The notes beneath the pieces are model-generated. The model did no database searches. It had not been told where the DNA came from and saw only the letters and a program-made list of their open reading frames with translations. This document shows positions 1 to 12,961 of a stretch of DNA of 64,000 nucleotides, in pieces. Position 1 is the stretch's first letter. The number at the start of each line of letters is the position of its first letter. A program made the translations under genes and the position numbers. Where the stretch lies: contig NC_043002.1 in the NCBI RefSeq assembly GCF_006345805.1, positions 53,692,001 through 53,756,000 of the forward strand, written 5' to 3'. Origin of the DNA: Octopus sinensis (Eukaryota).

Positions 1-213
1 AATATTCAGACAAATACATAACAAAAACACCAGGACTTACAAACACATATAACATACAGAAAATTGCACTACTAGGCACTGCACACATCCTACGCAGAAC
101 ACTTTCCATACAATAACCATCAGAGCATCACAACAAATCACAGCACATACCCAAGGCACACAGAGCTGCGCTCGGTAGTGAAGTGAAAGCACGCTATAAA
201 AATAAAACTACTG
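1..213 (+). mobile_element. 3' end of an R4/Dong-type (RLE-encoding) non-LTR retrotransposon; ORF remnant 3-116 plus 3' UTR
   Basis: Frame 3 reads YSDKYITKTPGLTNTYNIQKIALLGTAHILRRTLSIQ*. QKIALLGTAHILRR matches the conserved C-terminus of R4/Dong ORFs. The element runs straight into (TAA)n. Confidence 0.8.
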
Positions 214-244
214 AATAATAATAATAATAATAATAATAATGATT

Positions 245-288
<44 letters not shown>
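214..288. repeat. Compound microsatellite (AAT)n then (GAT)n
   Basis: Read directly: aataataat 214-240, then gatgatgat to 288. Confidence 0.95.
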
Positions 289-290
<2 letters not shown>

Positions 291-800
291 CATTTATTTG
301 CCACCAGGCCGAATGATGAGGGGGACAATACAAAACAGACATAACGTGTGGGGGGTTGACATATGAAATGATAAAATAAATAAATTAACAAAAAAGAGTA
401 AGTATACACGGCATATGATGAAAAGGAAGGAAAAATACATAGTATACAAAGGTTGGAAAAGGAAAAAGAAAAAGAAAAGGGGACTGATAGTGATGTAGTC
501 CGCCTGATACAGGATGACCTCTTGAGATAATCGAGGAACTCAACTGTCCAAGATCTCCCTGAACACCAGAGGTAAGTGCCCTCTTCAATTCCCTTTCTGC
601 AACTCACAGGTCTACACACAGAGAGATACTGTCTAATCTTGCCATTTTCGCAACTTTCACCCACCTTTCAATAAACTCCCTCGAGGACAGCACATCCCTC
701 TCCAACCTTAATTTCGTTTTCAAGTTAAAATTGAAGAAGTCAATGAGACCTCTACCAAACAGAAATGTATCTGTCCTCATGCCTTTCGGTTTCGTCCACC
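289..800 (-). mobile_element. 5'-truncated Tx1-clade retrotransposon 3' end (sister family of the element at 33.3-39.2 kb)
   Basis: Minus strand reads RWTKPKGMRTDTFLFGRGLIDFFNFNLKTKLRLERDVLSSREFIERWVKVAKMARLDSISLCVDL*, which aligns with WWTRLKGLETNTFLSGQSLINFFKYHLKRKVRVERQVLSSECFKKRWVNVARMARMN of the full-length copy. A T-rich 3' UTR and AATAAA precede (ATC)n. Confidence 0.85.
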
Positions 801-807
801 GTGCCTA

Positions 808-1139
808 ATAACCACCAAAGCTAATAAGCTGGATATTGTTATGAAAGACCAAAGCAATAAAGTTTGCTTATTGATCGACATGAGTTATCCTTATGATCAC
901 AATATCTCACAAAAGAATTTTACAAGCTCAGAATCTATAAAGATTTGCTCACTGGAATTGAAACAGTGTGGAGTCTCAGGTGGGTTACAATACCAGTGTT
1001 TGAAAGAGCACTAGGCATGATCAAAAAGGGAACTGAAAATTAATTGAGAATGGTCCCTGGCTTACCATCCATGCAAGAAGTAAAACAGATTGCATTAACT
1101 GGTACGTTACACATATTGAGAACAATATTGTTACTGTGA
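808..1139 (+). pseudogene. Decayed RLE endonuclease domain of an R4/Dong-like retrotransposon
   Basis: With frameshifts it reads KANKLDIVMKDQSNKVCLLIDMSYPYDHNISQK...ALGMIKKGTEN*LRMVPGLPSMQEVKQIALTGTLHILRTILLL*, giving a PD-(D/E)xK-like segment and the C-terminal motif. Confidence 0.75.
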
Positions 1140-1193
1140 ATTGTCTTTCCTTTCACCCGCCTTATTTGTTTTGTTTTTTCATTTTTTTATTTT

Positions 1194-1481
1194 TTGTATA
1201 AAAAAGAAAGAACATGTATGACAACAGACTTAGCTTGCCCCGGTGACAACAGGATCAATGTGAAAGAAGAAAAAATAAACCATTATTACGACTTGAAATT
1301 AGAAATACTAAGGTTGTGGTCAATGAGGAGAGTAGACGTGATATCAATAGTAATTGGAAGTATCAGCACTCAACTACCATCATGGCTATAAATGATTGGT
1401 GCTAGTGTGATGGTAGAACACTTACAAAAATCAAGATTGCTTGTAACTGCAGGAATTCTTCGCAGGGTTCTTGGAGCATGA
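1194..1481 (+). pseudogene. Second, divergent R4/Dong-like RLE domain fragment
   Basis: KKERTCMTTDLACPGDNRINVKEEKINHYYDLKLEILRLWSMRRVDVISIVIGS...WL*MIGASVMVEHLQKSRLLVTAGILRRVLGA*. Confidence 0.75.
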
Positions 1482-2792
1482 CCAGTAAACAAGTGTCACC
1501 TTAGTCTTGTGGCTGTGGACAGCTGAACATTCCATCATATCCAGCAAAAAAGCAGTCAATTATTTCGATATTTGTAATGAGATGTATTTTTTTCATTCAT
1601 TTGTTGCAACGTCGGAAAATGTGGAATTTTAACTTTCAAACATATAAGGAACATAATTTAATGCCGTATTTTCGTTAACTTGTCTCATTTCTCTTGTCAT
1701 AGTCTGATAGATTCTCTTTGGGATCTCATTTCTTACTTCTTGTTTTGTACAGTACCAAGGAATCTTCCACTCAAAGAAAGAGGAAAAAGTAAGGCATGTG
1801 AATTGCAACCAAATAGAAGCACCACGCACCGACGACCTGAACTATTGCCCAATATAGATAAAATTATATTTTTATCTCTGAAACCTCGCCCTATTATGTC
1901 CAATAGCCTCGCCCCAAATCAGATGAAATTGAACTGTGTCAGTAACCGGCTTGCATTTGATGCAACGAAAATTTTGTCACCAAGTAATAAATGTTTAAGT
2001 GTACTTTACGGTCTTTGTGTGTTTCGGACGGTTAATATGTGCTTTCCATACAGTAACTATTTTAGTTTCAACACATGTTCTCACGTCAAATAAATTACCT
2101 GAAAAAATACATCACCGAAACTTTTTCTTTGCTCTGTTTGAATAAAACAAAATAGAATAAAAGAAAATGAAAGAAAATATATGTGTGTTTAGAATCAGAA
2201 ACTATACGACATATGTGTTTCTTTAAATAGAGACTTCTCAGTTTTATTGCTCCGTGGTGTCACAGCCATACACACCATTCATGATTGATTTAGAGCACAT
2301 ACTTTTAACACGAACAATGCAGCCTTCGCATTTTGCGTCAATGATAAGAAAAAGGAAGAGAAGAATAATGAATTAAATGAAAATTTGGAACAAAATATGT
2401 TAAAATGATAAGATAAAGGAGAAAATAATTGCACGGCAAGCAGTCACAAATATTTCAGACAAATACTATATAGATTTACTTATTCTATAAATACTAGTTA
2501 CCAAGCACGTTATTAATGTGTAATGTTGAAGGTCTACCAACAGTTGCATGAGTCTAATGTCTGAAAACGAAAAGGTATTGAAAGAATATCATTAAGCATA
2601 TAAATATAGAGGTAGACTGCGTGGAGACTTCTAAGAAGTCAATAAACATGTACGAATATATTCTTATCGAAAAATATATGTACAACAGTTAGATGTCTAC
2701 GTAAGCAGAACAGTCTGCCAGCAACACAAATCTAATATCGAACACAAACTATTATACATGCACACATACACACACTAACAAATAATACATAC

Positions 2793-2802
2793 ATATATAT
2801 AT

Positions 2803-2899
<97 letters not shown>

Positions 2900-2913
2900 A
2901 TTATATATATATA
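2793..2913. repeat. (AT)n microsatellite
   Basis: Direct reading. Confidence 0.95.
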
Positions 2914-3168
2914 TTGGGTTGGTGCCTAATTATTGCGGCTTTTTTTTTTCAACAAGTTTTATTCAACAAAACCAATGACAATATTTAACAAAAACAACTT
3001 TAAATGACGGTTTGACCGTCTGCCAAGCAAATGGGAAACTATAATTGAAGTAGATGGTGAATATACTCCGAAATAATCATTTAAAGATGTTTTTGTTTTA
3101 TTGTTGTTATTGCTTTTGTTGAATAAAATTTTTTGAAAAGAAGCTGCAATAACTATGCAGCAACCCAA
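2914..3168 (+). mobile_element. Non-autonomous mariner deletion derivative (MITE)
   Basis: Imperfect TIRs ttgggttggtgcctaattattgcggct / agctgcaataactatgcagcaacccaa. Interior encodes GLTVCQ/GFDRLPSKWETIIEVDGEYTPK*-like mariner C-terminus. Confidence 0.75.
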
Positions 3169-3247
3169 TGGCAACCTCTGTCCTGTATTTGCCATGATTG
3201 ATCGCTAGCCTCTAAACCTTTTTATCTCTCTGTTTATTTCTGTGTTC

Positions 3248-3283
3248 CTTTCTGTTGAAGAGCGTAGGCTCGAAACGTAAAAG
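3248..3283 (+). ncRNA. Minimal type-I hammerhead ribozyme motif (A6U variant) in a Penelope-type terminal repeat
   Basis: cttt CTGTTGA A GAGC gtag GCTC GAAA C GT A aaag. Stem I cttt/aaag, stem II 4 bp, palindromic ACGT stem III, GUA triplet. Confidence 0.55.
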
Positions 3284-3388
3284 ACTTTCTCACTTCCCGA
3301 ACGTTAAACTAATACATCTGTTTGCTGTTTACACACCCATGTTCGTCTTTTGTGTTGTTTATTTTTATGTAAATTCCAACTATATATA

Positions 3389-3767
3389 CACTTGCGTCAG
3401 AAATTAATTAGCACTTCTCAAATTTCTACATTAAATAGGTTAAATAAATTAACCTATGAGCTGTGTTCAAAACGTCTTACCCGATGAGAAAACTTAGTAT
3501 GGTGTGATTTCGGTCCTTGCGAGGCGCTACCTATATCTATTAAACAAAGGAAGATTTGTCTGCATCCGCACTCCAAGTTGTTGTTGCACTGCTATGTCAA
3601 CATCATAAGGCTGTAGACTCTCAAACTGCTCTGCAAACAAAGTTACGTCACCGTTCTGCGCAACAGTGAACTCGCAACAAAGCAATAGTTCGAGATATGG
3701 CCACTAGGTGACAGCACATACCTTGAGTGAAGAGCAAATCAAGGGTGCTAATTAATTTCTGACGGTA

Positions 3768-3770
<3 letters not shown>
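3389..3770. mobile_element. Tc1-like MITE, 382 bp
   Basis: TIRs cacttgcgtcagaaattaattagcac / gtgctaattaatttctgacggtagtg, flanked by TA on both sides. Confidence 0.8.
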
Positions 3771-3815
<45 letters not shown>

Positions 3816-3849
3816 GTGTGTGTGCATGTGTGTATATATTACATATATG

Positions 3850-3913
<64 letters not shown>

Positions 3914-4135
3914 TTATATTTTTAAATACGTATATATATCTAGATATATGTATATGTATATATATATATATGTAAATATATATGTATTTGTATATATACA
4001 TATATAAATGCATGAATATGTATATATGTGTGTGTATGTATGTATGTATGTATGTATGTATGTATGTATGTATGTATGTATGTATGTATGTATAAGTATG
4101 TAAGTATGCATGCATGTATATATGTATGCATATGC
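3771..4135. repeat. (AT)n/(ATGT)n compound microsatellite
   Basis: Direct reading. Confidence 0.95.
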
Positions 4136-4329
4136 ATTCCGGAAGTTTTTGAGATTATTTTTTTCTAGATTATTAGGTTTTTGTAATTTTAGTATGTCAT
4201 TACTATACATCTCATAAGCTGTTTGCCAATTTTTTAAAATTCCAAATTGAAGGACACTACTGTAATAATACTCTGAACGCACCCTGCTAAACACTGGTTG
4301 TCACAGTTGACTAGTTTGAAGAATGAAGT

Positions 4330-4790
4330 CGGGACGTGAATACGATCTCGGAGCACGCTATGGAGTAACGTCTTGTGTTAAACTGACCAAAAACGCTACA
4401 AAGACTTATGAAATGCTCCAGACTGCTTATTGATTAACATGCATGAGCCGAACATCTGATTTTCGTTGGCACAAGAGGTCAGGTAAAGCAAGTCCACCGG
4501 AAAGCTCATAATGATCTCCTTTTCCGACAGCAAGGACATCATCTACATTCCCCAGGTCCCCTCTGGCCAAACGGTCAACAAAGAGAATTTGGTGAAATTT
4601 TGAGGGTGTTCAGGAAATGACATTGTCGCAGAATGCCAGAGCACCTGCAGCAGGACAATGCACCAAACCAGAATTCTAATCAGATAACCAACAACTTGAC
4701 TGAGATGGGCTTCCAAATTGTTCCAAACTCTCCCTACAGTCCAGGGCTTGCTGCTTGTGACTTCTAGTTGTTCTCAAGCTGAAGATGTGA
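4330..4790 (+). pseudogene. Internally deleted, decayed mariner transposase
   Basis: N-terminal ARYGVTSCVKLTKNATKTYEMLQTAY...FRWHKR and catalytic-region LQQDNAP...SPYSPGLAACDF* motifs with stops and frameshifts. Confidence 0.75.
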
Positions 4791-5049
4791 CTTGATTCCT
4801 GGGCACCTTCACTATAGAGGACTTCAAAATGAATCTAGGCTAGTCCGTATGTTTCCCAGTCCAACTATTTGAAGTCTATATGGATATTTTCAGTTCAATA
4901 ATTGGATATGGAGTTGAGGATTATTGAACTTCAAAGTACTATGATATGCATAACGGTCCATTTCTTTCAGATGTATTTTTAGTTTTGGTATAAAGCAAAC
5001 TTCGACTTAAAACACCGAAAAGGAGTACGTGTGACACGACTACTGACAT

Positions 5050-5330
5050 GTTTCCATCTCTAGTTTCAAGCAAACGCAAAAGCCATTAATGCAGTCACTT
5101 GTAGGTTCTGATATGAGCCCAAGAATTAACAAGGCCAGAGCTTAGCTTGTCCCTTGTATGGTTATCTTCCTAGTTAAGCGGACTGGAGCAACTTCAGAAG
5201 AAGTTTTTTGCTCGAGAACACAACGCACCGCCTGGTTCGGATATCGAAACCATAATCTTGCGCTCGTGATTTCAACGAGTGCAACCCTCTAACCACTAAG
5301 ACACGCGTTTCCAACGCGTTAAGTCTACCT
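5050..5330 (-). mobile_element. tRNA-derived SINE, family C, decayed
   Basis: Homologous to 57466-57795 (ggactggagcaac...tgctcgagaacacaacgca...ctctaaccactaag). Confidence 0.65.
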
Positions 5331-6942
5331 GCTACAAATAACAGTCAAATAATCACTAGACAACACTCTATGGTATTAAACAGAGAGGTATACATTGAGA
5401 ATATGTAATTAGAGACTGCATTTTCAAACGCAAGCCTCCTCTCTATCCATGGTTGGGTTGTCACATTCACCAGGACTGCACTCTGGCTAAAAAAAGGACA
5501 TCATCCAGTTTTGATGAAGTCACGTTAGCCTTTTATATATTTAGATTTTCCACAAATTATCTTGACACTAGATATAAGTTATGTACGGTGTGCGTTCGAC
5601 AATGCATGTAGTTGCGATATCTATACATACTTTCGAGATGTCTTAATACCGATGTTAGCTCAGTGCAAGTAATTATACAGTAATCGTTTACGACTTATCT
5701 TCTTCAACGGTAGTAGATTCACACAAGACAATCAACATCTGAGGACAAGTTTGCATGAACCAACGAAAATACGTCTCTATAACATAGAGCTGAACTTTAT
5801 CTGTCCACAAATTATTACAGATCGCAAGTGCGATAACAAACATTTATCCTCAAAAAATATCAAGCCTGGAGAAAGTACTAAAGAATAAAGGCACAGAAAG
5901 TCACACACACGCACACAGACGCACACACATTTACACGCACATGCACAGCACCCACTAATGCACATACATAGAAAGTTAGAAATGTATACGTAGATTTGTG
6001 TAAAAATCTATGCACACATGCATACATTCATACATACATGCGCACCGACACGCACACACACACCTATGCGGAGAAAGAAAGAGAAAAATACCGAGCTTTA
6101 AGTCCTAATAAATCTCAACAGTCACATGCTGACAGGGAGAACACATATAACAGAATACGAACAGTTCATCGAATTATCTCATCTGTACATTATAGTGATC
6201 ATGTCTAAGACAAATTAGATACAACAGAGATAAAAATAAAAATAAAATCACTTTCTTAAAAACATGAACATAGCAATCATCATAAGTACACCGTGCACCT
6301 TGCCTGCAGCATGCAGGTAGAATATTTCTGGTATGCACATAAATGAGGTACACACATGTCATCAAAGCAGTAACATGAAACAGCGTGCTAAATAAAGAAC
6401 AAAGGATTCTTTTTGTACTGTTTTCTTTATGTTTTTTCATGAAGCCTGAAAGACGCCAAATGCTTGACAGTTGTATAGTTAAAAGCCAGAGGTTTATTAA
6501 AACATCGTACGTTATTAACCTCAACTGCAGATTAATTAGAATTCAGAACCTGCTTTATTTCTATCATCGGTTCAGGTGAATAATAATATTAATACTAACG
6601 AAAACAGATAAAACAACAGGCATCTCTGCTGCCTTCTTACAGATACCATCTATTAACATTAATCAAACAACGGAAGTAATACAACAACACATGCAAGTAT
6701 TGAGCGGTATCCATGGGAGTAATATTATTTTAACTGTATTACACTTAAACGTTGCGAAGCAAGTCTAAAACATACACTACGTAGGCTTCGAATGCTTTTA
6801 ACTGAATTCAATATTGTCAGCATTCACGGTTGATCTTCAGTCCTCTAACCGCTCATCTGCATATCTGTCTGCATACATTTGGTACTCAGATGTTCAGTCT
6901 GGGTATCAGTTGCATAAATCTCACTGCAACTGTATTAGGTAT

Positions 6943-7146
6943 TATGCGGGGTAATGAAAAGTTCCTAGTTTTTAGGATATCGTTAAAGGCCTGGTTGAAG
7001 GCCCAATCTTCCGTGTTCCTGTACAGAGCCGCTGCAATAAGTATGTTAATCTGAGAGGGGAATATGTTGAATAAAATCATAATCAAGTGATCATCCTTTG
7101 TTTTCTTTTACCCAAGGCCATGAACATTTCGGCACACCCTTAACGT
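6943..7146 (+). mobile_element. Degenerate mariner MITE
   Basis: Degenerate TIRs (tatgcggggtaatgaaaagttcc / ccatgaacatttcggcacaccctta). Interior NKYVNLRGEYVE* resembles a mariner C-terminus. Confidence 0.55.
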
Positions 7147-7949
7147 ATCCTCCCTTAACGCATAAAAAAAAATAGTGAAATTTATCTCTTAACTAACATT
7201 CATTGTAACATCCATCATGAGTAAAGAATTTTAAGAAAGCACAGTTCTGAAATCATAACAGAAAATTTTAAGCAAAAATTAAAGAACGGAAACTATAGAA
7301 GCATATTATTCGGATCACAATAAAAATAGGAATACATACTTTGATTGTGATGAAGAATGAACAAAAAATACATCGCTTAAAATGTTCCTTTGTCAGAAAC
7401 AAATAGATGTGATATTTATCGCCAAATCAATATGGCTGTTACTACCGTTTTAAGCTGACAGATCTTCCACCAGCAAACGGCACCCTGTATATATTGTAAG
7501 ATTGCAAGCAGAGGAGCGAACCCATACCATCATTTAGTACTCTACGAGATCATGAGACCGAAGGGTTTCGGGCTACTTGTGCCCTACTTTAGACGTGGAT
7601 ACCCGACTGCTAGAAATAACAGGGATTCGCTGCAGCGAAATGTAACTAATTTAAAAAGCCACACTGTTCCGCTACCACCCAATTACAACAGAAAAAGCAA
7701 AGTGAAACCTTATAAGGATATACTCTGTATACATATGCCTTTTACACTCTACAATCAACAATTTATTAGGTGCGCGCCAAAGAGACTGCTAGAAATTGTC
7801 TCTATGTTTCCTCAAGTTTTACACTATCTATAAAGTAAAGTTACAATAACCTACTTGCCCTTAGCCGCTAAGTAACTTATCCGGCGTACTAAAAACTCTA
7901 CCAGCTCACTGTATTAACGCCCTTAAGCTTTAATTTCAAATTTTGGCAC

Positions 7950-8290
7950 AGGGTGTGCATTCTTGGGGGAAGGTATAATTTGATTACATCGACGCAAGTG
8001 ATGAACTGGTACATATTTTATCAAACCCGAAAGGATAAAAAGCAAAATCGACCTCGGCGGCATTTGAACTCACAAAGACAGACGAAATGCCGATAAGCAT
8101 TTTGCCCGAAGTGTCAACGATCCTACCAGCTCACCGCCTTAACGCTCTCAAATATTCTTTTCTACTCTAGGCTCAAGGCCAGAAATTTTTGGGAAGGGGG
8201 GCCGTCGATTAGATTGACCCCAGTACGCAACTGGTACTTAATTTATCGACTCCGAAAGGATGAGTGTCAAAGTCGACCTCGGTGGAAACT
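7950..8290 (-). mobile_element. Two adjacent family A SINE copies
   Basis: Reverse complement of ggcggcgagctgg...gagttcaaat...gtcgactttgcctttcatcctttcgg...ggggtcgatgtaatcga seen twice. Confidence 0.75.
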
Positions 8291-9581
8291 CCCTTAAATA
8301 TTAAACCACTGACTTATACATTTATGGTCTGGATGATAACAAGATGTATTATTGGAGATAAAATTGAAAATAGTTTCCTATTGGTTTTTATTGCTTCTTT
8401 CTCAGATAAATATGATGCAAATTCAACTAATTCTAGTTTTAAAATCGGAATTCTGCGACTGAAACCAAAATGTCTGTGCCTCAATGAAGTTTCAGATATA
8501 TGACTATGAATAATGCGGTTTGTTTAAATTTGGCATACAGCCATTTTTCAGAGATGATAATACACTATTGATTTAATTACTGATGTTTTTGTATGTTCTG
8601 GTGGGAAGGGGTAAAGTTGAAATTTACGGTATTTGTATTAATAATTGAAAGTGAATACTGTAATATATACCCCCACATCATACTACTTTTTGAACATCAC
8701 AAAATGGGAAAAAATGGTGAGATTATATAAAAACAAAAATATTTAAAGTATAAGTAACACAATATGCAAAATCTAATTACTTCCTAACATATATAAAATA
8801 ATAATTTAGAAGCCGGCACTTAGTAAAGACCATTCATAGATCAACTGTCATGGGTATAAATATATATCATCATCCGAATAAGTGAAAGAGCCACTTCAGA
8901 TCTGTATAAAGATCGAACAATTGAGAAAATTAAATAGCATAGATGCAATATAATGAAAATCATATTTGGAACGAGTGTAATGTCGGTGATTTGAGAAAGT
9001 TATGTATATGTGAAAGGTAGTTAAGAAATTTTAAGAAAATAATAGAGAAGACAATTGATTGAGAGACATAACGTTGGCATATTTTATTCTTATGGTGGAA
9101 CATGAAATGATAACATGTATGATCGATAGTTAGTAATAGGGAACTAGCTACCCGGTTAAATAGACACATAAAGGAATCTCTCTTAAATTCATGAATAATT
9201 TTTACATTACATTAAATTTTATACACAACAATGCAAATTCCGCACGGTCGGTTCTGTAATGATTTACTCAATATATATAATATCGTGTATAGGATAATAT
9301 CGAGATAAATGATTTCTAATTAGCACTGCTGAGATTTTCTTCTATTGTTGCATGTCATATGTCATGTTTTACAAATCTACAAAGTCCGATTGAGCGCAGC
9401 CTGTAATAAAAGAATATACATACGTACACACGTACATACATATACACACACACGCATATATATCATATATATATATATATATTACATACATATGCATATA
9501 TACATATATACATATATACAGATATATATATATGTATACATACATATATACCTACATATATATGTGTATATACATATATAC

Positions 9582-9624
<43 letters not shown>

Positions 9625-11621
9625 ATATATATATATATATATATGTGTGTCTATATACATATATACATACATATATACCTTTATATATATATGTATATAT
9701 ACATACATATATATATGTATATATATATATATATATATATTTTATATATATATATTATATATATATATTAGGAGTAAAATATGTGCTAATGAAATAGGTC
9801 TTAGGTTTTCGTTTCGCTTCTGCCAAACTAAATAACATATGCTATACCGGATTATTTGAAAAGATAAAACGAAAAGCAACAGAAAAACATGCAACGAACT
9901 ACTACTATTGAAGCGGGTGACATTTTCAAATAAACTTCAAAAGAATGTTAAAGGTTGTTATTACATCAGTAAATCCATATGATGTCTTCTCTCAAGCTTA
10001 ACGTCTCTTTCTATATATGTATCTCGTTAAGTCTCATTTCTTTCAATTTTCTTCCTAATGATTATTTGAAGTGCACATATAGACTCACGCATGAACTCAC
10101 ATATTCCCTCTCTCTCACTCACTCTCTGTCCCTCCGTCCCTCACAGGTACACACTTATACCATTAATAAACATTCCTACTTGCTTCTTTCTTCCGTACTT
10201 TGTTTTCTTTATCACTCTTTATGTTTGCATCCTTTATATAAACTTATTATTGTATAAGTATATTCATACATGTAAATGAATCATTACCGGCAGTTCCTCT
10301 CACCTCTTATTGCACCCATCCTAGGTAACTCATAACTCAAACCACTTCACACAGTAACCTTCTATTTAAAGTATTGCAAGGGAAATATTTCATATCTTAC
10401 GCAGCTTCATACAACAGCATTTTTTGTGACGGAATATCAAGGAGACGAAGATAGTTTCTCTTTGTTCTGGCAGAGAAGCGAATCATACAGTTGATATCAA
10501 AATAGGATGGCTGGGCTCGTAGTTTAGAAAAGAGCAGCCATATGGCCAACGGACTTGCTCAAAATAACAGATATGTCTCTCTTAAATCAGATACATTTTC
10601 GATCGAGGATCTCTTTGAATTTGCCTGATCTGGGACTAAGTAATAACCTCTGATATGTAGAGAAAACCGTTTTTGATAAGCGAGCCGGACGAAACTCGAC
10701 TCGTCATCGGGAAAGCTACATAACAGATGAATCATCATCAGGATGGTCATATGACTAAATTAAGTTGAAAGTAATGTTTCCTTATGCGTACCATTCAGCA
10801 AGTACTTCAAGCCATGGTTTGCCAATGAGTGCTCTACATGGACACTCGACCAGCACGAAAAACCATCTAAATTTCCATTGAATCTTATCATACTAAAGAT
10901 AATACTTTTGACAGTGTGAAGTCATACGAAAAAGATGGGATATAGATAAGAAAATGTCGCGGGGGCGGTATATCTCTAGTTTAACCATACACATAAGCAA
11001 GCACACACATACACACACCGATCTTCATAAACGCACACATACACTATATTTGGATGTCGTGTCGATGTTTTTATGTGTAGGTTTGTTTCCCCTCCTACGC
11101 AGATAGTATAAAGCAAATATTCCTTATGTGTTCATGATTCATTGATCAATCATCGTATGACTTACCCAACACTTCCCCAACTGATACTAAGTACTTATCA
11201 AAAATTGCTCATAAATTACACACTGCACGTTTGTCAGAGACGTCAATAAATACTTGATGAATATTTATACACACTACAGCGTATATTAGAAATTCTAAAA
11301 TGGATTTAAAATAGTTAAGCTAAAGTTTCATAGACTTTGACTGTAGAAGTTTGAAGCAGCTTTGAGTATAACCTGTTATCTTTTCGTACTTATGTATATG
11401 TATATAGATAAAAATACACATATACGCGTGTATGTATATGTATGCATACATACAAGTATGTATATGCACGTAAATGCATACATACATGCATATATAAGAT
11501 ATATATATGCATATATACATATGAATATGTATGTATGTATGTCTATATATATATATGTGTGTGTGTGTATGTGTATGTATGTATATATGTATATATATAC
11601 ACGCGCATATACACAGATATG

Positions 11622-12808
11622 TAGAAAGTAAATAGACACCTATAATTTTTTAAAAGTTTCTGATCTAAGCGTATTAATGTGTTTTCAGCGGTGTAGAATT
11701 TACAATGTAATTATTCATTTTCATGACACGCACAAAATAATTCAGCAGAATTCTCAGATTTTCAAAGATGTCGTATTGTTGGGCAATCTGAGGCTGGTCT
11801 TAGCCAGCGAAAAATTGCCGCAAATCTTATAGTGCAATTCAAAAGCCAAAGAAATGTCAACAGATTCTCGTCCCGGATGACCGGTGCCCTTGGAAAGGAT
11901 GCTTTGCTGTTTGAAGAGGACTGTGGAAACCGAACCCCGTTCGAAGCCTTCTGACATTGCAAAACAGCTAGATGTTAGTCCAAGAACGTGTGTTACATAT
12001 CTGCATAAGCTTCCATATTATGGACGAGCAGCTAGAAGAAAACGTCCCCCTCAACAAATTAATATCATGAAAAGAACAAAATAGGCTAAGGTGATGACAA
12101 GAAAATCCACTTCATTTTGGGATAGAGTGATTTTCTCAGATGAATCCTGATTTGCATTATTTTCAGAGAGTGGACGTGTTTGGGTCTGGAGGCTTCCCAA
12201 TCAAGAATTTGATTTGAAACGACTCCATCTAACTGTGAAACATGGCGGTATCTCTGTAACGGTATGGGAAGCTGTCACCGGCAAAGGTCGTTCTGAGCTG
12301 ATCGAATGTGTTGGAACCACAAACTCTGAAAAATACTTCGAAATACTTAAGCAAAGGCTTCTTCCGATGTATTCATGCGATAACATAACGAAAAGTGAGT
12401 TTTTATACATGCAAGATGGGGCTCGATGCCACACAGTGAAAAGGAATCAATAATCGTTGACTGAAAAGGGGATCAACTAGCTTACTTGACTGAGCCGATC
12501 TCCTGACATGAACCCAACTGAAAATCATTGGAGCATACTAGATAGAGCTATACGAAAACCTCGACAGAAACCTAAATCTAAAGATGAATTGTTTCGATTG
12601 TTGCGTGTAATATGGGCAAAAATTCCACAAGAGACAATCGCAAAGTTCATCAATTCAATACAAAAATGTGTTTTTGAATTAAAAACTGCAAAGGGAATGT
12701 CAACTAAATGCTAAAGTATGTAGTCCTACCTATCGATTACATTTCAATTGTTCGCTTTGCGTATTAAATAAAATATTTTGAAAATTAAAAGTGTCTATTT
12801 ACTCCCTG
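11622..12808 (+). mobile_element. Tc1 (DD34E) DNA transposon, full length but decayed (~1.19 kb)
   Basis: TIRs agtaaatagacac...ttaatttt / aaaattaaaagtgtctatttact. Transposase motifs WDRVIFSDES, KHGGISVTVW, QDGARCH, SPDMNPTENHW, with 34 codons between D and E. Several stops. Confidence 0.9.
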
Positions 12809-12906
12809 TCTGTGTATGTATGTATGTATGTATGTAGTATGTATGTATGTATGTATGTATGTATGTATGTATGTATGTATATATATATATATATTATATA
12901 TATATA

Positions 12907-12961
<55 letters not shown>

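Noticed and set aside
1680-2093. 137-aa ORF
   Set aside because: No recognisable motif, no splice context, and composition typical of AT-rich non-coding DNA.
3648-4137. Long YI/HT/VC-repeat ORFs here and at 9.3-9.8, 11.3-11.6, 12.8-13.2, 28.5-29.1, 32.1-33.0, 41-44.5, 49.6-49.9 and 54.7-55.0 kb
   Set aside because: They are translations of (AT)n, (AC)n and (ATGT)n microsatellites, which lack stops in some frames.
6174-6524. 116-aa hydrophobic, Cys-containing ORF preceded by a possible acceptor (ctgcag)
   Set aside because: No family motif and no convincing donor; hydrophobicity is expected from T-rich sequence. Cannot be excluded without RNA-seq.
8872-8915. Hammerhead-like ccgaata-agtg..cact-cagatctg-ta
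   Set aside because: GAAA box absent, G8 missing, and stem I does not pair.
10670-10745. CTGATGA/CCGATGA on the minus strand and GAAAC on the plus strand
   Set aside because: The two core halves are on opposite strands; no complete topology on either.
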